Source: an uncultured archaeon
GTDB taxonomy: Archaea > Asgardarchaeota > Thorarchaeia > Thorarchaeales > Thorarchaeaceae
Direction of reading: 5' to 3'
Length of the DNA: 64,000 bases
NCBI GenBank assembly: GCA_964610875.1
Contig: CAZSWP010000009.1
Coordinates: 1 to 64,000, forward strand
The notes under the pieces are model-generated. The model was not told the DNA's origin. It searched no databases and worked only from the letters and a program-made list of their open reading frames with translations. Shown one piece after another: positions 49,054 through 60,000 of the stretch; the stretch's first letter is position 1; the number at the start of each line of letters is the position of its first letter. The position numbers and the translations under genes were made by a program.

Positions 49054-49811
49054 CTAAGTAAGGTCTTTTTATCAACTTCTTGACCTACAATCTTCAGATA
49101 TGCTTCTTCCAGATTGGATGTATTTGTTCTCTCCATAATCTCTTTCGGAGAACCTTTGATTTGTAGTCGTCCTTCATTCAGGATTCCTATAATGTCACAT
49201 ACATCTTCTGCAAAATCTGTCATATGTGTACAGATGAAGAAAGTAGTATCTGTTTCATTAGCCATTGCCATAATGAGTTCTTTTACTAGCGCGCTTGCAG
49301 CTGGATCCAATCTTGAAGTTGGTTCATCAAGGAAAACTAGCCGTGGTTGATGAATTATTGTTGAAGCAACAAGGACTTTCTGTTTCATGCCAGAACTATA
49401 ACTCTCCAGAAGATTGTTTCGCCTACCTTCCAGTCCAAGAATTCCAAGAAGTTTCTCAATGCGTTTTCCGAGTATTGTTCCACTGAGATTATTCAAACCT
49501 CCAATGAACTCTAAAAACTCTACTGCAGATAGTTTTGAGTATAGTCCGGGTGTTTCTGGTAACAAACCGGTTACCGCTTTGATTGCGTCCCGTTGAGTTT
49601 CAATATCATATCCACAAACTGTTGCAGTCCCATTTGTTGCCCTTAAAAGTCCTGATAGGATTCTTACAGTAGTTGTTTTACCTGCACCATTTGGTCCCAA
49701 GTACCCGAAAGTATTCCCTTTGATTAATTCTAAATCTAAGCCAATCAAAGCATGTATTCTATCAAAGGTCTTACTCAATCCGGATGTTCTAATCACAATA
49801 TCCTTGCTCAT
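49041..49811 (-). CDS. ABC transporter ATP-binding protein
   Basis: GPNGAGKTT, YSSGMKQK and FLDEPT. Confidence 0.95.
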   Translation of the reverse strand: MSKDIVIRTSGLSKTFDRIHALIGLDLELIKGNTFGYLGPNGAGKTTTVRILSGLLRATNGTATVCGYDIETQRDAIKAVTGLLPETPGLYSKLSAVEFLEFIGGLNNLSGTILGKRIEKLLGILGLEGRRNNLLESYSSGMKQKVLVASTIIHQPRLVFLDEPTSRLDPAASALVKELIMAMANETDTTFFICTHMTDFAEDVCDIIGILNEGRLQIKGSPKEIMERTNTSNLEEAYLKIVGQEVDKKTLLSWRE

Positions 49812-49865
49812 ATACCTCAGGACCTCATTGAAGCTTTCAAAGATATAGGTCTTAAGAATTCCCTC

Positions 49866-50864
49866 CTAAGCAGTCTTCACCAATTTACAGATGAAGAAAC
49901 CTTCAGTACCGTGCAGATGCGGGAGAAACCGTCGCGCAAGTTTGAGGGACTCGTCCAATTGTACTCCATATGGTGCATCATACCCTTTAGTACCAAATTC
50001 TAATTCAATGGGTATGAGTTTCATTTCAGAATGTCTTCTTAAAATTTCATCAATGATGAACTCATTCTCTTCAGGTGCAATAGAACAAGTTGAATAGACA
50101 AGAGTGCCTCCTGGTTGCAACTTTTTGATTGCCCTCTCAATTAGTCTATCCTCACGAGTAGCGCAGTATCGTATATCTGCCATTGATTTACTTGTCTTTC
50201 TGGTGGGATCTATTGGAATCAACCCTTCTCCAGAACATGGTGCATCAAGTAGGATTCTATTCGGCTCTATAGGAAGAGTATCTAACTTCATAGCATTTCC
50301 TCGAAGAACGATGCTATTACTCACTCCACATCTTACTATGTTACTATGCAGACTTTGAATTCTTTGCCTATCCATCTCTATAGCAACCACAATTCCTGTG
50401 TTCTCCATTATCTGTGCAATATGAGTGGTTTTTCCACCTGGTGCTGCTGCAAGATCGAACACAGTCTCTCCCATTTGTGGTGCTAGTACTTCTACAACTG
50501 TCATTGAGGGGATGCCCTGTATGTAGTATTCCCCTAACATATGCTCAAACAAAGCTCCTGGTGAGAAACCTTGGAAGTCCGCATAGAACCCAGACGGAAT
50601 CCAAGGTATTCTCTCCAAGTTGACCCCTTTCTCACTCAGTCTTACTTTTGCATCTTCGATATCAATTTTCAAGGTGTTAATTCTAATAGCAGTTCTAATG
50701 GGATTCTCACATGCTTCAATGAAATTGATAGTTTCTTCTTCTCCCCAGAGTGCTAGATATCGTTCTATCATATATGCTAGATATCCATGAATTTTTGCAA
50801 TCTCCTTAGCTTTATCTTTTCGTTCACGTCTGGATAGTTTTTCTGAGGAGTCATGTGTTTTCAA
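49866..50864 (-). CDS. RsmB/NOP2 family RNA m5C methyltransferase
   Basis: DLAAAPGGKT, LLDAPCSGEG, YSTCS and EENE. Confidence 0.95.
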   Translation of the reverse strand: MKTHDSSEKLSRRERKDKAKEIAKIHGYLAYMIERYLALWGEEETINFIEACENPIRTAIRINTLKIDIEDAKVRLSEKGVNLERIPWIPSGFYADFQGFSPGALFEHMLGEYYIQGIPSMTVVEVLAPQMGETVFDLAAAPGGKTTHIAQIMENTGIVVAIEMDRQRIQSLHSNIVRCGVSNSIVLRGNAMKLDTLPIEPNRILLDAPCSGEGLIPIDPTRKTSKSMADIRYCATREDRLIERAIKKLQPGGTLVYSTCSIAPEENEFIIDEILRRHSEMKLIPIELEFGTKGYDAPYGVQLDESLKLARRFLPHLHGTEGFFICKLVKTA

Positions 50865-50869
50865 AATAA

Positions 50870-51313
50870 TTACTCACCAATATCTTCATTCCAAAGTTCG
50901 CGATTGTTCCTTATGAAGTCGGTCATAAGACTGGTGCATTCTTCGTTTTCGAGAATCACGAGTTCAACTCCTTGTTCTTTAAGATAGTCTTCAGGTCCCT
51001 GAAATGTTCGGTTCTCTCCAATCACAACCTTCTTGATTCCATAGAGGAGAACCGCTCCGCTGCACATATCACATGGTGAGAGCGTTGAATAGAGTGTGGC
51101 TCTTTGGTATTCTTTTGCTTTCAAACGTCCTGCATTCTCAAGACAATCCATTTCTGCATGTAATATTGCACTGCTCTTTTGCACCCGTCTATTATACCCT
51201 CTCCCAACTATCTTGTCATCGAGGACAAGAACAGACCCAATGGGAATTCCTCCCTCATCAAGACCTTTCTTTGCTTCCTCGATTGCCGCGGTCATATAGG
51301 TTTCATGTGACAT
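50870..51313 (-). CDS. cytosine/nucleoside deaminase (Fcy1-like)
   Basis: EGGIPIG, HAEMDC and SPCDMC. Confidence 0.9.
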   Translation of the reverse strand: MSHETYMTAAIEEAKKGLDEGGIPIGSVLVLDDKIVGRGYNRRVQKSSAILHAEMDCLENAGRLKAKEYQRATLYSTLSPCDMCSGAVLLYGIKKVVIGENRTFQGPEDYLKEQGVELVILENEECTSLMTDFIRNNRELWNEDIGE

Positions 51314-51332
51314 GGTTTGTCAAATCCTTTTT

Positions 51333-52586
51333 TTATGTTTCATATTTTTGAAGCCCTTCTTTGAGGTCCGTAATCTTAGGCATGATTACAGGAACATCAG
51401 GTAGCAGTCTGTCAGGAGTTGAAAGATCTTTGAATCCGGAACCAGTGATTGGTACAATAACACAATCAGAGGTATCTATAACACCCTCATTTTGTAGTTT
51501 CTCCAATCCTGCAAGTGCAGCAACACCGCTCGGTTCTGCAAAAACACCCTCGTACTTTCCAAGTAAAACTAGATATTTTTCAATCTCTTCATCAGATACT
51601 GCAACTACTTCACCATGTGCAATTTTGAGGTACTTTATTGCTGCATCACCATCCCAAGGAAACGGATCTGCAAGCCCTCCTGCTACTGTTTCATTGGAAT
51701 CCCATGGAGTTATGTCTAATGGATCATGGTTTTCTTTATACGCTCTTACTATTGGAGCACACCCTTCGGGTTGAACTACCACTGGCTTTGGAATGTCATC
51801 GATAAATCCCATTTCTTTGAATTCCCAGAACCCTTTCATCGTACCAGCCATAAGTCCTCCACTACCAGTGGGGAATAAGATCCAATCAGGAACTTTCCAA
51901 TTGAGATGTTCTGAAATCTCGTATCCCATGGACTTTGTACCCTCAAATTGAAATGCGTTGAACGGCCCGAATGAAGGACATGGTGTCCATCTAAGAGTGC
52001 TGCAGGCTTCTCGCAATAGGGTAGTTGTTGGATCAACACCCTCCTTTTCCTTTCGCACCCTGAAAACTTTCGCTCCCAAAGTTCTAAGATGTATGAGTTT
52101 CCCAGCTGGTGCATTCTCAGGTACAAATACTACTGCTCTAAGTCCGGCTTTGGCAGAATATGTTGACATTGCTGCAGCTGCATTACCTGAAGATGCAGCT
52201 GACACTGTATCTGCTCCATCTTCTACAGCTCTTGACACTCCTACACAGATTGGTCTGTCCTTAAAAGACCCCGAAGGATTAGAGGTTTCGAGTTTCAACC
52301 ATAGTTCTTTCATTTGAAGAAATTTGCCTAATCTGTTCGCCTTTACGAGAGCTGTGCCACCTTCTCCCAAAGTCACAATATTCTCCCTTTTGCGAAGTGG
52401 CATAAATTCGAAGTATTTCCAGAGTCCTTGTGTACGCTTCTCAAGTGTTTCCCTATTGATTGAATCCTTAATTGTTTCTAGGTCCAAAGTGATATCAATA
52501 CGACCACCACATCCATCATTTGGTGGAACATTGTCTTCACTGTATGTCTTTCCACATTTTGCGCATTTGTATCGCCGGTATGTCAA
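51333..52586 (-). CDS. thrC: threonine synthase
   Basis: TLGEGGT, NPSGSFKDR, ASSGNA and ITGSGFKD. Confidence 0.92.
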   Translation of the reverse strand: MTYRRYKCAKCGKTYSEDNVPPNDGCGGRIDITLDLETIKDSINRETLEKRTQGLWKYFEFMPLRKRENIVTLGEGGTALVKANRLGKFLQMKELWLKLETSNPSGSFKDRPICVGVSRAVEDGADTVSAASSGNAAAAMSTYSAKAGLRAVVFVPENAPAGKLIHLRTLGAKVFRVRKEKEGVDPTTTLLREACSTLRWTPCPSFGPFNAFQFEGTKSMGYEISEHLNWKVPDWILFPTGSGGLMAGTMKGFWEFKEMGFIDDIPKPVVVQPEGCAPIVRAYKENHDPLDITPWDSNETVAGGLADPFPWDGDAAIKYLKIAHGEVVAVSDEEIEKYLVLLGKYEGVFAEPSGVAALAGLEKLQNEGVIDTSDCVIVPITGSGFKDLSTPDRLLPDVPVIMPKITDLKEGLQKYET

Positions 52587-52696
52587 TCTGTCACCAACCT
52601 CTAATCAATGATGCAGCTTGAATAAGTGGATTACGCCAGTACCACAAACAGAAATACATAACTCATCTTTCCCTCTCTTTTGGACTCTGGTGATAC

Positions 52697-53269
52697 TTGT
52701 TGGATACTCAGGTCTATGAAGCAGAGATCAAATTACCTGTAGATAACCTGGAAGAGGTCAAGAGGAGTCTCATAAATAAAGGAGCTACATATCTCAAAAC
52801 TGAAACACAAATTGACACCTATTATGCACATCCCTGTAGATCCTTTTCAGAAACGGATGAGGCATTCAGAACTAGAGTCATACATTGCAAGAAAAATGAC
52901 ACTCTCACTACTACTAATGAGGCAACTTACAAAGGTCCAAAAATAGATGAAAAAACAAAGACTCGAATAGAAACTAGTATAACAATCTCTGAACTTGCAT
53001 CTTTCGTAAAACTGCTGGAACATTTGAGTTTCGAGAGGGTGGCCAAAATAGAGAAGACTCGGATGTTTTATACTCTTGATAATATCACAATCGGTCTTGA
53101 TGATGTGAAAAACCTTGGTGGTTTCATTGAACTGGAATGCATCATAGATGAGAAAGCAAAGCTCGAGTCTGCAAGCAAGGCTCTTTTTGCATTGGCGAAA
53201 GAGTTAGCTTTGCCGCTTGAACGAACGATACGCGAATCATATCTTGAGCTGCTGCTATCTCAGGAGTGA
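52697..53269 (+). CDS. cyaB: CYTH / class IV adenylate cyclase family protein
   Basis: EAEIK, QIDTYY, TYKGP and LDDV..LG.FIELE. Confidence 0.9.
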   Translation: MLDTQVYEAEIKLPVDNLEEVKRSLINKGATYLKTETQIDTYYAHPCRSFSETDEAFRTRVIHCKKNDTLTTTNEATYKGPKIDEKTKTRIETSITISELASFVKLLEHLSFERVAKIEKTRMFYTLDNITIGLDDVKNLGGFIELECIIDEKAKLESASKALFALAKELALPLERTIRESYLELLLSQE

Positions 53270-53862
53270 ACATCCTCTGACAATTCCACTCTTAGTTCAT
53301 CGACGAAATTTCTGAGTACAGTATGTCTTTTTCTCGCCAATTTTCTTCCATGGTCCGTGTACATCAAATCCTTCAGTTTCAATAGTTTCTCATCAGCATG
53401 ACTAAGAAAACGCTCTACTCCCCCTTCGTTCTCCACTGCATGTGCAATAGCTCTAAAGACACCAATAGCTCCTAATGCATCTAATTTGTCTGCGTCACTG
53501 AGAATCTTTCCTTCTATAGAGCTTGGTGTCAATCCTTCACTAAACCGATGTGTTCTGATTGCATCAACGACTGCATCAATCTCACACTCATTGTAATGAA
53601 GTTTTGTCAAAAGGGGTATTGATAGTTCTCCAGAAACAATGGAATGTGACAATCCTGTTTCTCTCTCTTGAGGCCTCCCAATATCGTGCAGTAGTGCAGC
53701 TGCTCCTAGTATTTTGATATCCGCCTCAGTGCTCTCAGCAATTCTAAGGGCTATATTATACACACGTTTCGTATGATCGTATGCATGAGCTCCTGCTTTT
53801 TCTTTAGCAAACAGATTTTTTATGAAGTTATCAATCTCTTTTTCGGGGAACAATTCAACCAC
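53260..53862 (-). CDS. HD-domain protein
   Basis: AHAYDH, LLHDIG and SDADKLDALG. Confidence 0.92.
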   Translation of the reverse strand: MVELFPEKEIDNFIKNLFAKEKAGAHAYDHTKRVYNIALRIAESTEADIKILGAAALLHDIGRPQERETGLSHSIVSGELSIPLLTKLHYNECEIDAVVDAIRTHRFSEGLTPSSIEGKILSDADKLDALGAIGVFRAIAHAVENEGGVERFLSHADEKLLKLKDLMYTDHGRKLARKRHTVLRNFVDELRVELSEDVHS

Positions 53863-54050
53863 TCCATATTTAGGAATTAATGATGAGGTCAGAAAAACAT
53901 CTCGCTACTGAACATTCAATTCGAAAAATAAACGACCCTAGTCCTAGAAAGCCTTTAATCATTAGGTCTTTTCTAAAGTATATTGAGTGATGAACAGAAG
54001 TTCCCTCACCAGAAGCCTGCCACCGACCTGGCAACCGAGAGGCCATCTAC

Positions 54051-57000
54051 TTGAGTGCCGCAGAAGAACTTGCAAAGAAAAAGATGAGTAAGACTACTAT
54101 TATTAGTACACTCGCTATAGTCATAATGCTTGTGTTCAGTGTAGTGACAGTGATACTCATCCAGTTTGACTCTGTAAGAACGAAAACACCACATACACAA
54201 TATGAGCAAGTCGCTGATTGGCCTTATGATATTGATTGGGCTGGTGGACGCAGTAGTTGGTTTGATAATATAAATTACACAGACCTTCCGTTAGACCAGG
54301 AATTACCCGAAGACCTCCTTGAGCAGATGGAGAATGTTGTATTCGTTGCAGAACCTGATGCTCCTCCACAGTTATGGAGGCGCAGTGCATATGATGCCTA
54401 CGATGGTTCGGGCTGGGCGAAGACCCTTACTGGTGAAGAGCCTATCTCATTGATATCCTATGATACTGCTGTATCTCAGGGTAATGAAATCTATACAGTA
54501 TATCTCAATATCACTGTTGGACCAAATGTTGGTTCAATCGAGCTACCTATACTCTTTCCTGGAATCCAAGTAATTGATGGTACATTTAGAACCGATCCAG
54601 ATGATGCATTACTCAGCTACGAGGTCAGTACGGATGACTATGACACCTTACTCGTGAGTCCTTTTCTCAGGGGTGAAACTGGTGAAACCGTTCTATTGAG
54701 TTATGATGTTACTTACGAAAATCAAGACCTCGAAGCCATTGCAGCGAACGCACTAGAGGGTATCTCAGCTCCTCCCGGCATTGCTAATGTCTACTCTGTT
54801 CTACCATTCACACCCACTCAACGTGTATTAGATGAGATAGATCCTTTCCGTCTTGTAGGCGAAAACGCCTATGAAAAAGCTCGAACTGTTGAAGTCTATT
54901 TCCAGAGCCAATATGATTTGATTCTTGATGAAGATCGGGTTATGGAACGACCTTCAGAAGGACAAGAGGTGACTGATTGGTTCATAGAACGTGGTGGTGG
55001 CCTCCCAATGGACTTCGCCACAGCTTATTGTGTCTTCATGAGGGAACTTGGAATCCCTGCTCGAATGGTGACAGGGTACGCAGTTGGCGATGCAGTAGAT
55101 GGCCAACGTATAATACGAGTTCGGCACATGATGTTCTGGGCAGAAGTATTCATCCCCTTATCTACAGGTGATGGTGAATGGATTCAAGTTGTTCCAATAG
55201 CTCTACCATCAAATATGGGTGGAGGAGAACTTCCTGAGAATACTGAAGAATCACAGGTCGAATTATTAGTGCTACAACCAACATGGGGATTCAGAGGCGA
55301 TACGCTCAACTTCAGTGCTATTCTTCTCGCTAACATGGTCGCAATATCAGCTCCTGAAGATATTTACTTCTATGATGACACTGATGGTGTTGAGATGGGT
55401 GCGGCTACTATTCAACCTGATATGATTCAAGGAATAATTCCTGCGGCAAACATCTCATATGATATTCCACTAGATGCATCTTTTGGAATTCATAATGTTT
55501 CAGCAACTTGGATATCTCCAACTTACTCGATCACCAATTATACATATTTCTACACGGTGGGAAGCGCAAGTCCTCTTAGTAAGACCACAACAGAAAATGG
55601 TCCTACTTCGTATTTTACTCCAAGTGAAACTTTTGATATTAATCTCAGACAGGGTCTCGATAATCATATTGCTCATTGGAATGATACACTACACGTGTTT
55701 GGTGTTCTCAGAGATGCTGATGGCAATCCAATTGATGGAACTACTCTTGAAAATGATCAGGTCCTGATATATTGGGATGAAGATATCTATGGCTCAGCAA
55801 CAGTTCAGTCAGATGGAAGTTATTCATTGGATATCTTTGTTGATGCAACAGATTTGATACGGATGATGGTTGGCGACCATCTTGTATGGGCAGAATATCT
55901 TGGGGAATACGATTCCGAGTCTGGATTACCAATTCTCTTACCGGGCCGTTCTGCTGATAACTCTACAGTTGAAGTACGAGGACTTCCTGAATTTACCCTA
56001 AACAGTCAATCAATTGCTTATCGTGGTGGAAACCTAACCTATCAAGGCACGATGCTGCTGCAGAACGGTACAGCTTTCGCAGGAGAAACAATAGGTCTTA
56101 TACTTGATGGGGTGCTAGTTGGTACTTCTCTCACTGATGCATCTGGCAATTTCCTTGAAAACTACACGATTCCTAGTGGCTATCCAACAGGATTCAGCAC
56201 TTTTCAGGTAAATTGGACCTCTCCATATTCGTTGCTTGATGGTGGAATAAGTGTGACTGAATCTGTCGAGATTGTCAGTGGGGCGACGAATCTTACGATT
56301 GATTCTAATCCGAAGAGTCCTGATCCTGTCCATCTCTCAGAAAATATCACCATCTTTGGTTATCTTACTGAAGCAATTAGTGGTGATGGAATAGTTGGAT
56401 ACACTATCAATATCTATTGGGACAACGGGACTGGACCAGAGTTAATCGGTACTCCCACCACAGTAGCTGGTGGATATTATGAGTTCAATTTTACTGTTCC
56501 TACAGACTACGAAGGTACTGTGACTTACTATTCTGAATTCATTTCTTCGACTCAACAATATATTGATGCACAGTCAGATAACATGACCATTCTTGTGAAG
56601 AAATATGATTTGGCCATATCAATATCCGTCGCGCCCAATCCTGGACATGTGACTGAAGATATCACTATCCAAGGTGTTCTTTATCTTCCTGAATTTCTAC
56701 CAACTCTTGCGGTTCTTCCAAATGAACATCTGAATATCTGGTGGCAAAATAGCTCGGGTGTCTTTAACCTGACAGGCATCTATACAAGTGCTGTAGATGG
56801 CACCTACTCGTATACATATAACATCCCATTGAATCATGCATTTGAAACAGTCCAAATTTGGGTAAATTACTCTTCGCCGTACGTTGAAATATCAAGTAAT
56901 CAATCGATTGTAGAATTCTTGCCAGTGACATATTTTACATCAAATATGACAATACAGACAAATGCAACAAGCAATATTTTCTACCTGAATGAAACTGTAT

Positions 57001-60000
57001 GGATATCTGGTTATCTAAGCTTAGAAAATGGAAGTGCTCTAACTAGTGCTCTAGTCAATGTTTCATGGACCAATGCTACTGATACATACTATTATACAGT
57101 GTATACAAATGGCACTGGTTGGTATAATTTCTACTACAATTGTTCAGTTACTACCGACTCTGCAGGCTCTATCACTGTATCTGCAATACACAATAATCTC
57201 ACACGCGTCTATGATGGTTGTTCTGTTTTACTATCACCTAATGTTTCCTTAGAACTCTATCAACTAACAATAGATGCAAATACCAATGCTACAGAGATAC
57301 ATCAAGATGAGGTTCTTCAATTCTCTGGAACCATCACCTTTGACAATAATGGTGCTCCCCTCTCAGGCGGAACCGTTGTTGTTTATTACAAAAATAATAC
57401 TGGCACCTACCTATTTCCAAAAGTGACTGATGCTGCTGGTAATTTTTTGTTTCTATATAATTATTCAATAAATGATGCATTAGGTGCAGTATATCTATGG
57501 GCTAGATATACGAGTTCAAATCCCCTCTGGGACAATGCCGAGTCACTTAACCGAACTGTAAATATCATTCTCTATCAACTCACTATTACAACCCTCACAA
57601 ACAGTACGTCTTATCACCAAGATGAAGTCGTACATGTCTATGGCAGATTAACATTTTCTCATAATGGAACTCCATTGGAAAATCAGCCTATACGTGTCTA
57701 TTGGAATAATGGGACCGAATATTATTTCCAATGGTACATTACAAACTCAACTGGATGGTACAATTTCTATTATAACTTGTCGCTAAATGATGGCCTTGGC
57801 AGTGTAGATATATGGGCCACTTACAACAATTCGATTGGTCTACTAGACAATGCTACCAGTTACCCTGGTATTTCTATTGATATTATTCTTTATTCATTGA
57901 CTTTAACCACTACAACTGATTCAGGTACATATTATTTGGACGAAGTAGTGTATGTAACAGGACAACTGTATCGGGATGGTGTTGGACCAGTTGTTGGGGA
58001 AACTGTAGAGATTTATTGGTTCAATGGGACTGAATATATCATTGCAAGTCGTATCACGAACACCACGGGTTATTACAATTTCACCTATGTTGTTTCGACA
58101 GAAACTGATGATGTGGGTTCGGTTTCAATCTGGGCAACATATACTTCGACCAACCCTCTATGGGATAATGCAACTAGCTACCCCGGTGTCACAATAGACC
58201 TCAATCTCTATTCTCTTACTCTAACTACATCTACTGATCTTTCAATATACCACCTTGATGAATCGATATTTGTAGTAGGACGATTGACTTTCAATGTAAA
58301 CGGAAGTCCTATCAGCGGAGCTTCAATCAGGCTCTATTGGAACAGTACTGGTACATATTTTGATGGTATCATCACAAACTCAACAGGATACTTCAATTTC
58401 ACATATGACTTGTCACCCCTTACTGATAGTACTGGGCCTCTAACAATATGGGCCACTTACACAGCCTCTAATCCTCTCTGGGAAAATGCAAGCTCGTCTC
58501 CTGGTAGCACCGTAAATATTGTACTTTACACACCAATTATGGACATTTTCCTCAATCCGAATCCTGTGTACCTGAACGAAACTATAGAGATAGCTGTTCG
58601 TCTATATTTCTCAAATGGTACTGGCATTGCTGGCGAATTGGTATCCTTCTATTGGAATAATGGTACCGAGTATCTCATAACATCCGTATCAACGAATGCT
58701 TTGGGTTGGGCCAACATTACTTATGATCAAATGGATGAGGATGCTGTTTGGACGGTAACCATTCGAGCCGATTTTGCAGGAAATGACTATGTTGCAAGTG
58801 TGCAGGTAACTGACATACTAACACTGCAACAATGGTTGACTTACATTTCTGGCTTTGGTACAGGTGGCATCACTGACTATTATCTTGGTGAAACGATAGT
58901 TGCAACTGGCAATCTCTACTATGACACTGGTGGTTCTGACCCTCCATATTATAACATAATCGTAGAGCTGATTTTTGATGGATTAGTCGTTGCCACTGAT
59001 GTGACCGCGCCTGATGGATCTTTTTCAATATCATGGGTGATTCCACAAGACACAACACCAGGCACGTATGATGTCTACGTCAGATTCAATTCATCATTAA
59101 ATTGGATTGCTGATTCTGCAGCCACACCAATTTCAATCAATCTAGACGCATACTATCTGATCTGGCAATTTGACCTTTCCAGAAATGTAGTATATCGTGG
59201 AGAGTACATAGTAATATCCGGTAATGTCACCATAGACAATGGTACTGCATATGCTTCTCAAGCTATACTTCTTTATTGGATTAGGGCTGGAACTGGTGGA
59301 CAGGATGAACTCATAACATCAGTGTTAACACAGTTAGATGGTACATTTTCGTACTCGCTGTTAATTGAGGTAGATGCAAATCTTGGTACATATGAATTTT
59401 GGGCAGGTTGTGTACCTAGCCAGCCAACAATCACAGCAAGTAATTCGTCATCAAGCTTTGCTGATATAGAACTTGTACCTGTTTATCTGACACTAATTAC
59501 TAACTCCTCAGTAGTGTATCGTGGCAATACTATAACATTCTCTGGCACGTTGACTTTTGGTGATGGTATATCCAGCGGCAATGGTTCCGCAATGGTTGGA
59601 TACGACGTTGAAATATTTCTAAACGATGAATTAGTCGCAACAATAACGATAACAAATTCCTCAGGTTACTTTACATACTCGCATCCAATTGCATGGGATC
59701 AAGACATTGGTGTCAATTTCTATTATGGTGAATTTTTGCAGCCGTCTATTGCTTTTGAGGATGAAGACACATCAGATGAGAGTCGGTCATTTGAAGTTCG
59801 TGATATGCTTACAGTAGAATTGGATACTCAAACGGTTACCATAATGTTTAGAGGTGACACTATAGATGTTACCGGTATTATCTCGAATCAACAGGGTGGT
59901 ATTTCAGATGTCACGGTCGAATTGGTTGTGGATGGTGTAGGCCAACAAATCTATGATATAACCTCGTCAACCGGATCATTTTCTGTCAGCTGGGATGTAC

